DNA of 64,000 bases from an uncultured Gemmatimonadales bacterium. Lineage in GTDB: Bacteria > Gemmatimonadota > Gemmatimonadetes > Gemmatimonadales > GWC2-71-9. Below are positions 9,754 to 19,542 of the stretch, in pieces. The stretch lies in assembly GCA_963707875.1 (NCBI GenBank), contig CAVPRU010000003.1, forward strand, positions 358,498 through 422,497. The letters are read 5' to 3'. The position numbers and the translations under genes are program-made. Position 1 is the stretch's first letter. Every line of letters starts with the position of its first letter. Below the pieces are notes generated by a model. It worked only from the letters and a program-made list of their open reading frames with translations, was not told where the DNA came from and made no database searches.

Positions 9754-11195
9754 TTGCGGTAGTCGAGCGGCGGGGCCCGATCACCGATCATCGGGACGTA
9801 CTTGAAGCCCGCCACCCGCCGGTTGAACTCCTCCCGCGCCTTGACCAGATGACCGGGCGTGGTGAACAGCTCAATCCCCGTCAGCGCCATCGTCTTGGCC
9901 GCGACCATCATCCCCTTGTTGCCGATCGCGGTCCCGCCGGCCGCCACCGCCTGCCAGCTGTGGGCGGCCGTCCCCGGCACCCAGGTCGCCGAGCTCATCT
10001 GGACCACCGGCACCACCCAGCTCACATCCCCCACGTCGGTCGAGCCGCTGGAGACCCCGGTCTCCGGTGACACCACCTGGCCCGCCAGTTCCATCGAAGG
10101 GGGATTGGGACCCAGACTCTTCCGCAGCTCCTCCGCGAAGGCCCGGTCGGCCGGGTCGTAGACCACCCCGCCCACCCGCTTGAGGTGGGCCTCCATGACG
10201 TCGGCCAGGTAGTCGTTGGGCAGCACGTTGTAGACCGCGTTGATGATCTCGAAGTCCATAGTGGTCCCGGTCCCCAGCGCGGCTCCCTTGGCGGTGTTGA
10301 CCACCCGATCCCAGATCCCGTCCAGGAGCCGCATGTCGCTGTGCCGAGCGTAGTAGTAGACCTCCGCGAAATCCGGCACCACGTTGGGCGCCTTCCCCCC
10401 CGCCGTGATGATGTAGTGAATCCGGGTCTCGGCCGGGACGTGCTCCCGCATCAGGTTGACCATCGAATTCATCGCCTCGACCCCATCGAGCGCGGAGCGC
10501 CCCATGTCAGGCGCCGCCGCGGCGTGGGCACTCACCCCGTGGAACCGGAACTTGGCGCTGATGTTGGCCAGCGTGGTGGCCTTGGTGACCTGGTTGACGT
10601 CGCCCGGATGCCAGGTGATGACCGCGTCCACCCCGTCGAACAGGCCGGCGCGAATCATGTAGATCTTCCCCCCACCCCCCTCTTCCGCCGGGGTGCCGTA
10701 GAACTTGACGGTCCCCTTCCCGCCGTTGGCCTCCAGCCACTCCCGGATCGCGATCGCCGCCGCGGCCGCCGCCGTGCCAAACAGATGGTGGCCGCAGCCA
10801 TGCCCCGGACCCCCGGCCAGCAGCGGCCTGGCCACCGGCACCCGGTCCTGGGACAGCCCGGGCAGGGCGTCGAACTCGCCCATGATCCCGATCACCGGCT
10901 TGCCGCTCCCCCAGGTGGCCACGAAGGCGGTAGGCTCCCCGGCCACCCCCGCTTCGACCCGGAACCCGGCCGCCGCCAACTGGGCCTGGAGCAGCGCGCT
11001 GCTCTGGGCTTCCTGATACCCCATCTCCGCGAAGTCCCAGATCTGCTGGGCCACCTTGCCGTACTCGGCGGCCTGGGCATCCAGGCCCGACAGCACCCGA
11101 TCGGCCCCATGGATCTGGCCGGATACCGTCGTGGGCGCCGCGAAGAGGGCGACCGTCATGAGAAGGCAAACGATGGAACGGAACGGACGAGGCAT
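9750..11195 (-). CDS. M20 family amidohydrolase (AbgB, aminobenzoyl-glutamate utilization protein B-like), secreted
   Basis: EFDALPGLSQ, GHGCGHHLFG, GTPAEEGGGGK, HAAAAP, GSTDVGDVSW; signal peptide. Confidence 0.9.
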   Translation of the reverse strand: MPRPFRSIVCLLMTVALFAAPTTVSGQIHGADRVLSGLDAQAAEYGKVAQQIWDFAEMGYQEAQSSALLQAQLAAAGFRVEAGVAGEPTAFVATWGSGKPVIGIMGEFDALPGLSQDRVPVARPLLAGGPGHGCGHHLFGTAAAAAAIAIREWLEANGGKGTVKFYGTPAEEGGGGKIYMIRAGLFDGVDAVITWHPGDVNQVTKATTLANISAKFRFHGVSAHAAAAPDMGRSALDGVEAMNSMVNLMREHVPAETRIHYIITAGGKAPNVVPDFAEVYYYARHSDMRLLDGIWDRVVNTAKGAALGTGTTMDFEIINAVYNVLPNDYLADVMEAHLKRVGGVVYDPADRAFAEELRKSLGPNPPSMELAGQVVSPETGVSSGSTDVGDVSWVVPVVQMSSATWVPGTAAHSWQAVAAGGTAIGNKGMMVAAKTMALTGIELFTTPGHLVKAREEFNRRVAGFKYVPMIGDRAPPLDYRK

Positions 11196-11259
11196 GATGG
11201 CTCCTTCAGAAACGGATGGACCCGCGACCCAGCACGAGGGAATCGACCGGGGGTCGGGG

Positions 11260-11733
11260 TCAGCGGAAGAGGTGCTCGTAGCGGCGCTTGAACTCGGCTT
11301 TCCGGAGTTCGGGATCGGAGGCGTGCAGTCCGGTGCATCGGTGGGCCGCGTGGGAGTCCCAGCCCTCGGGCCAGGCCTGGAACACCATCAGCCGACAGGC
11401 CGGGCAGAGTACCCGGCGGCCCACCACCAGACCGGCGGTCAGCTCACTCGCGTTGGTGACCGCTTCCTTGCCATCGGTCCGCGGCAGCAGGGATCCCTGG
11501 GGAGGCCCCAGGGGCACCCGTTCCCGGTCAATCAACTCCTCCAGCGCCAGCACCAGCGCCGAAAGGACCTGATCCTGGGGGAGGTCAGGCCAGGCCTCGA
11601 CGAACCCCTGGACCGACCCACCCGAGCGCAGGTGGTCCACCAGCGCTCGGAGGGGGATCCGGGTGCCTGCAAAAACCGGCTCACCGCCCTGAACGTCGGG
11701 CGACCGGCGGATGGGAGATCGTGCACGTGCCAC
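11260..11733 (-). CDS. DUF433 domain protein with a C-terminal Cys/His-containing extension
   Basis: GTG at 11733; IRRSPDVQGGEPVFAGTRIPL...WPDL (DUF433 signature) then CPAC...HAAHRC. The ORF-track start at 12951 is antisense to argE. Confidence 0.7.
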   Translation of the reverse strand: MARARSPIRRSPDVQGGEPVFAGTRIPLRALVDHLRSGGSVQGFVEAWPDLPQDQVLSALVLALEELIDRERVPLGPPQGSLLPRTDGKEAVTNASELTAGLVVGRRVLCPACRLMVFQAWPEGWDSHAAHRCTGLHASDPELRKAEFKRRYEHLFR

Positions 11734-11811
11734 GGTGTCAGAAGCTAGACCCGCGCAGGCGGCCTGGGCAACGCCCTTGCCCTGTCGGGATTCGGCGGGC
11801 AGACTTCCCGG

Positions 11812-12978
11812 GTGCCCCGCCTTCTGGAAGACGCCGAGCTGCTCCGCCGACTGGTCGCCATCGACTCGGTGAGCCGGAACAGCAACCTCCCGATCGCCGA
11901 CTTCATCTCCGACTATCTCGATGGGCCGGGGGTCCGGATTGCCCGGAATCCGTCCCCTGACGACCAGAAGACCAACCTGGTCATCGAGATCGGCCCACCG
12001 ACCGATGGGCCCGACCGGGACGGCCTGGTCCTGTGTGGCCACATGGATACCGTGCCGGCGGACGAACCGGGCTGGCAGTCCGACCCGTTCACGATGACCG
12101 AGCGGGATGGTGCCTGGTATGGTCGGGGCACTGCCGACATGAAGGGCTTCCTGGCCCTGGCCATGAACCGCCTGGCGCTCAGCGACCCGGCCTCCCTCCG
12201 ACACCCGCTGGTGCTGCTCTTCACCTATGACGAAGAGCCGGGCACTCTCGGGGCGGAGCACTTCGCCCGATCCTGGACCACCCCGGCCGAGCTGCCGCGC
12301 CACCTGCTGATCGGGGAACCGACTTCGCTCCGGACCGCCCGGCTGCACAAGGGTCATCTCAAATGCCGGTTCGTCTTCGAAGGGGTCAGTGCCCACAGCG
12401 GCTACCCCCATCTGGGCCGCAACGCGATCGAGCCGGCGGCGCTGGCCGTCACCGCCCTGGCTGATCTGCGCCGGACACTGGAGGCGGAGCGGCCGCCCTC
12501 GGCGGAGCTCTTCCCCGAGGTGCCGTACGTGGCGCTGAACGTGGCCCTCATTGCCGGTGGCGCCGCCATCAACATCGTGCCGGATCGCTGTGTCATCGAC
12601 GTGGGGCTCCGGGCGCTGCCCGGAATGAGCAGATCGGCCCTCGCCGAACGAGTCCACCAGGCGGTGCGCGGGGTGCTGCCCGAGGCGGACTTCGAATTCA
12701 TGGTGACCGGGGACAGTCCCCCGTTCCTGCTCGACCCGGAGGCCCCCATTCACCGGCACGTCTGCGCGGCGGTGGGTCAGACCGGTTCGGCCAGCGTGTC
12801 CTTTACCACCGATGCCGGTTGGTTGCAATCCGTCGGGTTCGAGTGCGTGATCATGGGGCCCGGCGCGATCGAGGTGGCACACAAACCCGACGAGTTCATG
12901 CCGATCGACGAGTTTCGCCGGGCCTCGGGTTTGCTCGACGGCCTGGTACAACGGCTCTGTCGCGAGGAAGCGCCGTGA
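11812..12978 (+). CDS. argE: Acetylornithine deacetylase-like M20A deacylase
   Basis: LCGHMDTVP, YGRGTADMKG, TYDEEPG, IGEPT, HSGYP, AHKPDEF. Confidence 0.85.
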   Translation: MPRLLEDAELLRRLVAIDSVSRNSNLPIADFISDYLDGPGVRIARNPSPDDQKTNLVIEIGPPTDGPDRDGLVLCGHMDTVPADEPGWQSDPFTMTERDGAWYGRGTADMKGFLALAMNRLALSDPASLRHPLVLLFTYDEEPGTLGAEHFARSWTTPAELPRHLLIGEPTSLRTARLHKGHLKCRFVFEGVSAHSGYPHLGRNAIEPAALAVTALADLRRTLEAERPPSAELFPEVPYVALNVALIAGGAAINIVPDRCVIDVGLRALPGMSRSALAERVHQAVRGVLPEADFEFMVTGDSPPFLLDPEAPIHRHVCAAVGQTGSASVSFTTDAGWLQSVGFECVIMGPGAIEVAHKPDEFMPIDEFRRASGLLDGLVQRLCREEAP

Positions 12979-14273
12979 GCGTGTTCGATATCATCGAAGC
13001 CGATCTGACCTGGACCGGTCGCGGATTCGAATCGGAGATTCAGGTGGAAGTGGGCGGTGACGGACGAATCGGCCGGGTCGGTGCCCTCGGTCTGACCCCG
13101 ACCCGGCGGCTCAGCCGTCAGGCGCTGCTCCCGGGATTCGTCAATGCCCACTCGCACGCCTTCCAGCGTGGACTCCGGGGCCAGGGCGAACGGTTCCCGA
13201 CCGGGGCGGGGAGCTTCTGGACCTGGCGCGAGGCGATGTACGGCCTGGTGGACCGGCTCGACGTCGAGAGCTTTTCCCGGCTGGCGGTGCAGTCCTTCCG
13301 GGAGATGCGCGCCACCGGCATTACCACCGTGGGTGAATTCCACTACCTCCATCACAGCCGTGACTCGGCCGACTTTGCTCTGGACCGGGCTCTCCTGGAG
13401 GCCGCGGCCTCGGTCGGCATTCGCCTGGTGCTGCTGGTCGGGTACTACCGGACGGGGGGCATCGGCAAGCCGCTTGAAGGGGCCCAGCGCCGATTCAAGA
13501 CCGCCTCGGCGGAGGCCTACTGGAGTCATCTGGACGGGCTCCGCGACGAACTCGGCGCCCACCAGACGCTCGGCACCGTGGTTCACAGCATTCGGGCCGC
13601 CTCCCTGGAAGAACTGGCGTCGGTCCATGAGGGAGCCGTCGCCCGGGACCTGCCGCTTCACATGCATGTCGAGGAGCAGCGGCAGGAGATCCTCGAATGC
13701 GTCGCGGCCTACGGAAAGACCCCGATGCGGGCCATCCTCGATGCCATCGGCGACGCCTCCCGCCTCACCGCGGTCCACTGCACCCATACCACCGACGAGG
13801 ACCGGGGCGCCTTGCTGGCCAGCGGCGGGCGGATCTGCCTCTGTCCGATGACGGAAGCCAACCTGGGCGACGGTCTGACTTCGCTCGATGGGGTCGAGGC
13901 GGCCCGCTGCGCCCTGGGCACCGACTCGAACGCCCGGATCGACATGTTCGAGGAAATGCGGTGGCTCGAGTACGGCCAGAGGCTCCGGGGGGAATCCCGG
14001 GGCACCATGGTGGACGAGAGTGGCGAAGTTGCCCGAACCCTGCTCGACATCGCCACCCAGGGCGGCTCCAGCAGCCTGAGAGTGCCGGCCGGCACGATTG
14101 CCACGGGCGCCCTGGCGGATTTCACCGCTGTGGACATCGAATCGCCACTCCTGGCCGGCACCCCACCGGTCACCCTCCTCGAAGCTATGGTCTTCGGGGC
14201 CGATGGGAGGATCGTCACCGCCACCGCCGTCGGCGGACACTGGATGGTTCATCAGCCGGTCACTGGCCCATGA
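12975..14273 (+). CDS. hutF: Formimidoylglutamate deiminase
   Basis: NAHSHAFQRGLRG, SFWTWREAMY, EFHYLHH, HSIRA, LCPMTEANLGDG, GTDSN; GTGA overlap with argE. Confidence 0.85.
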   Translation: MSVFDIIEADLTWTGRGFESEIQVEVGGDGRIGRVGALGLTPTRRLSRQALLPGFVNAHSHAFQRGLRGQGERFPTGAGSFWTWREAMYGLVDRLDVESFSRLAVQSFREMRATGITTVGEFHYLHHSRDSADFALDRALLEAAASVGIRLVLLVGYYRTGGIGKPLEGAQRRFKTASAEAYWSHLDGLRDELGAHQTLGTVVHSIRAASLEELASVHEGAVARDLPLHMHVEEQRQEILECVAAYGKTPMRAILDAIGDASRLTAVHCTHTTDEDRGALLASGGRICLCPMTEANLGDGLTSLDGVEAARCALGTDSNARIDMFEEMRWLEYGQRLRGESRGTMVDESGEVARTLLDIATQGGSSSLRVPAGTIATGALADFTAVDIESPLLAGTPPVTLLEAMVFGADGRIVTATAVGGHWMVHQPVTGP

Positions 14274-15154
14274 TGCTGAGGGTGGGAGCCGAGTCCAACG
14301 TCACCCCGCTCCGGTCAGTGCTGGTCAAGTCGGTGGAGGCCGGCTGGCACGATCAGGCTACGGCCGATAGCGAATGGCAGGCGTTCCACTATCCCGCCTC
14401 ACCGGATTATGCCCGGGCGGTCGACGAGCACCGGGCACTGGAGGCGCTGCTGCGGGAACAGCAGATCGAGGTCCATCAGCTGCCCCCCGCCGCCGGCACC
14501 GGGCTCGATTCGATCTATACCCACGATCCCCTCATCCTGACCTCCCGTGGCGCCATCCTCTGTCGCATGGGCAAGTCCGCCCGCTCAAGGGAGCCCGAAG
14601 CAGCCCGGCTCTGGCTCGAGGCCGCCGGGATTCAGGTGCTCGGTGCCATCGAGGGGGCCGGGCTGCTGGAAGGTGGCGACCTGGTCTGGCTCGATTCCGG
14701 GACGGTGGCCGTCGGTGAGGGCTACCGCACCAACGCCGAGGGCATCCGGCAGGTGAGGAACCTGCTGGGAGGGTTGGTGGACGAGGTGATCACGGTCCCG
14801 CTCCCCCACTGGAGCGGCCCGGGCGACTGTCTCCACCTCATGTCCCTGATCAGCCCGATCGACAGCGACCTCGCGGTGGTCTATTCCCCGCTGCTCCCGG
14901 TCCCCTTCCGGCGACTGCTGCTGGATCGCGGCTATGATCTGGTGGAGGTGCCCGAACCCGAGTTCGTCACCATGGGACCGAACGTGCTGGCCCTGGGGCC
15001 GCGGTGCTGCCTGGTGCTGGAGGGCAACCCTCTGACACGGCGGCGGCTGGAAGCGGCGGGGGCGGCCGTCCTGTCCTACCGCGGCGAAGAGATTTCGCTC
15101 AAGGGCGGTGGGGGTCCCACCTGCCTGACTCGTCCCCTGCTCCGACACTCCTGA
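14270..15154 (+). CDS. Amidinotransferase/arginine deiminase/dimethylargininase (pentein) family protein
   Basis: IYTHDP, LEGGD, YRTNAEG, CLHLMS, GGGPTCLT (catalytic Asp/His/Cys set); ATGA overlap with hutF. Confidence 0.85.
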   Translation: MMLRVGAESNVTPLRSVLVKSVEAGWHDQATADSEWQAFHYPASPDYARAVDEHRALEALLREQQIEVHQLPPAAGTGLDSIYTHDPLILTSRGAILCRMGKSARSREPEAARLWLEAAGIQVLGAIEGAGLLEGGDLVWLDSGTVAVGEGYRTNAEGIRQVRNLLGGLVDEVITVPLPHWSGPGDCLHLMSLISPIDSDLAVVYSPLLPVPFRRLLLDRGYDLVEVPEPEFVTMGPNVLALGPRCCLVLEGNPLTRRRLEAAGAAVLSYRGEEISLKGGGGPTCLTRPLLRHS

Positions 15155-15164
15155 GGAGAAGCCG

Positions 15165-16391
15165 ATGCATCGTGTGCTTCGTTCCGCCTGCCACCTGAGC
15201 GCGTCAGCAGGGCTGCTCGTGTTCACCTCCGTCCCGCTGGCGGCCGCGCAACAGCCGAGGGCCCGGGATCTGGGGATCCCGCTGCAGGGACAGCCCGGGC
15301 CACTCAACGCCATTACCGACGTGGCGGGGGTCGAGGTGGGTCACACCACCATCATCCGGGGCTCCGGGCCGCGAGTGGTCGGACAGGGACCGGTCCGGAC
15401 CGGGGTCACCGCCGTCCTGCCGCGAGGGCGCACCGCCACCGACGAGGTATTCGCCGCCTGGTTTACCCTGAACGGCAACGGGGAGATGACCGGCACCACC
15501 TGGGTCGAGGAGTCCGGTCAGCTCGGCGGTCCCGTCATGATCACCAACACCCACAGCGTGGGGGTGGTACAGAGCGCCACGGTGGAGTGGGCGGTCAAGC
15601 GGAACAAGGCGTTTGCCTGGTCGCTCCCGGTGGTGGCGGAAACCTGGGATGGCGACCTCAACGACATCAACGGCTTCCACGTGACCAGGGAGGATGCCTG
15701 GAAGGCGATCGACGCCGCCCGGAGCGGACCGGTGCTGGAGGGCGCCGTGGGCGGTGGGACCGGGATGATGTGCCACGAGTTCAAGGGCGGGATCGGCACC
15801 GCCTCGCGCCGGTTGCCGATCGCCGGCACCGAGTACACGGTCGGCGTGCTGGTGCAGTGCAACTATGGCCTCCGCCGGCAGTTCCGGCTCGGGGGGATTC
15901 CGGCCAATGAAGCGTTTGCCCAGCCGATGCCCTGCTACCGCGGCACCATGCCGGCCAATCCGGAGTACGCCGCCTGTCCGGCGCCGGGCGAGGAGGCCGG
16001 CCCTGGTCCGGTACGGGAAGAGAAAGGGTCAATCATCATCGTCATCGCCACCGACGCCCCGCTCCTGCCCCATCAGCTCAAGCGGCTGGTGAAGCGGGCC
16101 GCACTGGGGATCGGTCGAATGGGGGGCATCGCCAGCAACGGCTCGGGGGATATCTTCCTCGCCTTCAGCACCCAGCCGGTCAACGAAGAAGGCCCGGCGG
16201 CCACCTGGCCGGTAACGATGTTCCTCAACAACCGGATCTCCCCGCTGTTCGAGGCCACCGTTCAGGCCACCGAAGAGGCGATCCTCAATGCCCTGGTTGC
16301 GGCCCGCGACATGGTGGGTGCCGACGACCTCTTTGTCCCGGCGCTTCCCCACGAGGCGGTCGGGGCATTCGTCCAGCGGACCCACCGCTAA
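15165..16391 (+). CDS. dmpA: P1/S58 family aminopeptidase (DmpA-like)
   Basis: RARDLGIP, NAITDVAGVEVGH, NGNGEMTG, GGGTGM, GS autocleavage site (EEKGSIII), GSGDIFLAFST. Confidence 0.88.
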   Translation: MHRVLRSACHLSASAGLLVFTSVPLAAAQQPRARDLGIPLQGQPGPLNAITDVAGVEVGHTTIIRGSGPRVVGQGPVRTGVTAVLPRGRTATDEVFAAWFTLNGNGEMTGTTWVEESGQLGGPVMITNTHSVGVVQSATVEWAVKRNKAFAWSLPVVAETWDGDLNDINGFHVTREDAWKAIDAARSGPVLEGAVGGGTGMMCHEFKGGIGTASRRLPIAGTEYTVGVLVQCNYGLRRQFRLGGIPANEAFAQPMPCYRGTMPANPEYAACPAPGEEAGPGPVREEKGSIIIVIATDAPLLPHQLKRLVKRAALGIGRMGGIASNGSGDIFLAFSTQPVNEEGPAATWPVTMFLNNRISPLFEATVQATEEAILNALVAARDMVGADDLFVPALPHEAVGAFVQRTHR

Positions 16392-16428
16392 GCGCATCCC
16401 ACGATTCTCACCCCAGACCAGAGTGAAC

Positions 16429-17802
16429 ATGCGTCCCTTCCGGCTCTCCCTGCTCGTCCTCACCACGGTGCTCCTTGGTGTGGCCCCTGCGGCGGCCCAA
16501 CCCTCCGAGGTGGCCAGCTACCGCCAGACCGCCGATCGGATCATCGCCGCGGCCCTTGCCGACAGCAGCGCCTGGAACCGGCTGGCCGAGATGGCGGACA
16601 GCTATGGACCGCGCCTGAGCGGGTCGGCCAATCTGGAACAGGCCATCGACTGGATGCTCGCCCAGATGGCCAGCGACGGCCTCGATCGCGTCCGGGGAGA
16701 ACCGGTGATGGTCCCGCACTGGGTGCGGGGCGCCGAATCGGTCACCCTGATCGAGCCCCGCATCAGTAACCTCGCGATGCTCGGGCTTGGCGGCAGCGTG
16801 GGAACCCCGGCGGGCGGGATCACCGCCGAAGTGCTGGTGGTGTCGAGTTTCGACGAACTGAGGACCAGGGCGGCGGAGGCCCGAGGGAAGATCGTACTGT
16901 TCGACGTCCCGTTCACCAACTACGGCACCACGGTCCAGTATCGGGTCAATGGAGCCGTCGAGGCCGCCAAGGTGGGAGCCCTCGCCTCCCTGATCCGGAG
17001 TGTCGGTCCGGTCTCCCTCAACACCCCGCACACCGGAGTGATGATCTACGACTCGACCGTCACCCGGATTCCGGCGGCCGCCCTGACTCTTGAGGGAGCC
17101 GCGATGCTCCACCGGATGCGGGATCGCGGACAGCGGGTGGTGGTCCGATTGGAGATGGCGGCTCAGACGCTGCCCGATGCTCCATCGCGAAACGTGGTGT
17201 CGGAACTCCGTGGTCGGGAGTTCCCTGAACAGGTGGTCGTCATGGGCGGCCACATCGACTCCTGGGATGTGGGCCAGGGCGCGGTGGACGACGGCGGCGG
17301 CGTGGTGGTGGCGTGGGAAGCGCTCCGGGTTCTCAAGCGGCTGGGCCTGACTCCGCGACGGACCATCCGGGTGGTGGGGTGGACCAACGAAGAGAATGGC
17401 AGTCAGGGTGGGTTGGCGTACCGGGACCAGAACAGCGATGCCGGCCGCAACCACCTTCTGGCCATCGAGTCGGATGGCGGGGTCTTCGCCCCGAGTGGAT
17501 GGGGTTTTACCGGCGGGGATTCGGCCCGGGCCATCATTCAGGCGGTGGCCGGTCTGCTGGAGCCGGTGGGGGCCAACCTGGTGCGCCCGGCGGGTGGCGG
17601 CGCCGACATCGGACCGATCATGCAGCAGGGCGTCCCCGGTCTGTCGCACGTGGTGGATGGAACCCGCTATTTTTGGTATCATCACACCCATGCGGATACG
17701 GTGGACAAGCTCGATCCGCGGGAGATGGCGATGAACGTCGCGGCGATGGCGGTGATGGCGTATGTCATCGCGGATCTGCCCCAACCGCTGCCGCGGCGCT
17801 GA
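16429..17802 (+). CDS. M28 family peptidase (carboxypeptidase Q-like, with PA domain)
   Basis: GPRLSGS, GGHIDSWDVGQGAVDDGGG, WTNEENG, ESDGG, YHHTHADT; signal peptide. Confidence 0.9.
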   Translation: MRPFRLSLLVLTTVLLGVAPAAAQPSEVASYRQTADRIIAAALADSSAWNRLAEMADSYGPRLSGSANLEQAIDWMLAQMASDGLDRVRGEPVMVPHWVRGAESVTLIEPRISNLAMLGLGGSVGTPAGGITAEVLVVSSFDELRTRAAEARGKIVLFDVPFTNYGTTVQYRVNGAVEAAKVGALASLIRSVGPVSLNTPHTGVMIYDSTVTRIPAAALTLEGAAMLHRMRDRGQRVVVRLEMAAQTLPDAPSRNVVSELRGREFPEQVVVMGGHIDSWDVGQGAVDDGGGVVVAWEALRVLKRLGLTPRRTIRVVGWTNEENGSQGGLAYRDQNSDAGRNHLLAIESDGGVFAPSGWGFTGGDSARAIIQAVAGLLEPVGANLVRPAGGGADIGPIMQQGVPGLSHVVDGTRYFWYHHTHADTVDKLDPREMAMNVAAMAVMAYVIADLPQPLPRR

Positions 17803-17859
17803 ACCTTGACCCGCCCGATGTGCGTAGGGTCACCGAACCTCACTTTCACCGGAAGGCAC

Positions 17860-19542
17860 ATGCTCCGTCACTTCTCCCGTAGCCTGGCCCTGTTGGCCCT
17901 GGTCCCCTGTCTGGCCCTGGCCCAGAACCCGAACAAGCACGTCCCCAAGCCGACCACGACCGCGATTACCGCCGCGGATCTGATGACCCGGCTCTACGTC
18001 TTTGCCGACGACTCCTTGCAGGGCCGGGAGGTGGGCACCGAGGGCCATCTCCGAGGCGCCCGGTACCTGGCCGGCGAACTGACCCGGCTCGGCCTGACCC
18101 CCGCGGGCGACGGCGGCACCTTCTACCAGGACTTCGTGCTGGACGTCACCGCGCCGGATCCCGCCACCACCGTCAAGGTGGGTGATGCGGTGCTCACCAG
18201 CGGAACTGATTTCATCATCTTCCCGGCCATCGGGCTTCCCGGCATCGGCAAGCCGTTCAGCGCCGAGAACGTCCCGGTCATCTATGGCGGCAAGATCGGC
18301 GACGCCACCCTGATCTCCCCCGAAGCCGCCGCTGGCAAGCTGGTGCTCTTTGCCCCGGCGGACGGGCCCGGGGGGTGGCAGTTCTGGGGCCGGTTTGGGC
18401 CCGGGATGTATCAGCGGTACGCCTCTGCCGCCGGCCTGATGATCGCGGCCCTGGATGTGGTGCCTGGTGACCTGGCGGGCTACCTCGGCTCAACCCAGGT
18501 GGGGATGCACGAGGAGTCGGGCCAGCCGGCGCCCACCATCGCGCTGATGTATCTGACCACCGCGGCCGCCGAAAAGGTATTCGGCGGGCCGCTCAACGGC
18601 CTGATGGCCGGCGCGGAGGGTCCGATCGGGACCGCCATCGGGGGGCCGGTCAAGCGGCCTTCCCCGATTCCGGGCCGCAATGTGGTGGCCATCGTTCCCG
18701 GCACCGACCCGGTCCTCAAGCACCAGTACGTCGCGGTCGGCGCCCACAACGATCACGAAGGCATTCGCCGACCGGTGGAGCACGACTCGCTTCGGGCGTT
18801 CAACACGGTGGTCCGGCCGGGCGGGGCGGAAGACGGCGACAAGCAGGCCACCGCCGAGCAGCTCCCGATCGTGCGGGCCCGGCTCGACAGCCTGCGGGCT
18901 CTCCGGGGGGCGCGGATCGACTCGATCATGAACGGAGCGGATGACGACGGCTCGGGCTCGATGGCGGTGCTCGAACTGGCGGAGTACCTGAAGGCCAACC
19001 CCGCCCGCCGGTCGATCGTCCTGATCTGGCACGCCGGCGAGGAGAAGGGACTCTTCGGGTCAGGCTGGTTTACCGACCATCCCACCGTGCCCCGCGACTC
19101 GATCGTAGCCCAGATCAACCTGGATATGATCGGCCGAGGAGGCCCGGCCGACATCGCCGGGGGTGGCCCGGGTTACATCCAGCTGATTGGCTCGCGCCGG
19201 CTCTCGACCCAGCTGGGCGACCTGGTGGAGGCGGTGAACACCACGGGGAAGCACGGTTTCGGCTTCGACTACCAGTTCGACGCCAACGGGCACCCGGCCC
19301 AGTACTACTGCCGGAGCGATCACTACATGTACGCCCGGTACGGGATTCCGGTGGTCTTCTTCAGCACCGGCAGCCATCCCGACTACCACCAGGTCACCGA
19401 CGAGCCCCAGTACATCAACTATGAGAAGTATGCCCGGGTGACCTCGTTCGTCATGGATGTGGCCCGGACGGTGGCCAACCTCGACGCCCGGCCGGTGGTG
19501 GACCATCCCAAGCCCGATCCGAAAGGACAGTGCAAGCAGTAG
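17860..19542 (+). CDS. M28 family peptidase
   Basis: FADDSLQGRE, GAHNDHEG, NGADDDGSG, HAGEEKGLFGS, NLDMIGR, RSDHY, HPDYHQVTDE. Confidence 0.9.
   Translation: MLRHFSRSLALLALVPCLALAQNPNKHVPKPTTTAITAADLMTRLYVFADDSLQGREVGTEGHLRGARYLAGELTRLGLTPAGDGGTFYQDFVLDVTAPDPATTVKVGDAVLTSGTDFIIFPAIGLPGIGKPFSAENVPVIYGGKIGDATLISPEAAAGKLVLFAPADGPGGWQFWGRFGPGMYQRYASAAGLMIAALDVVPGDLAGYLGSTQVGMHEESGQPAPTIALMYLTTAAAEKVFGGPLNGLMAGAEGPIGTAIGGPVKRPSPIPGRNVVAIVPGTDPVLKHQYVAVGAHNDHEGIRRPVEHDSLRAFNTVVRPGGAEDGDKQATAEQLPIVRARLDSLRALRGARIDSIMNGADDDGSGSMAVLELAEYLKANPARRSIVLIWHAGEEKGLFGSGWFTDHPTVPRDSIVAQINLDMIGRGGPADIAGGGPGYIQLIGSRRLSTQLGDLVEAVNTTGKHGFGFDYQFDANGHPAQYYCRSDHYMYARYGIPVVFFSTGSHPDYHQVTDEPQYINYEKYARVTSFVMDVARTVANLDARPVVDHPKPDPKGQCKQ

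Noticed and set aside
3111-16428. Long N-terminal extensions given by the ORF track (starts at 3111, 12819, 13697, 16288; likewise 25560, 28930, 56325, 60404)
   Set aside because: They overlap upstream genes; downstream starts with an RBS or stop/start coupling fit better.
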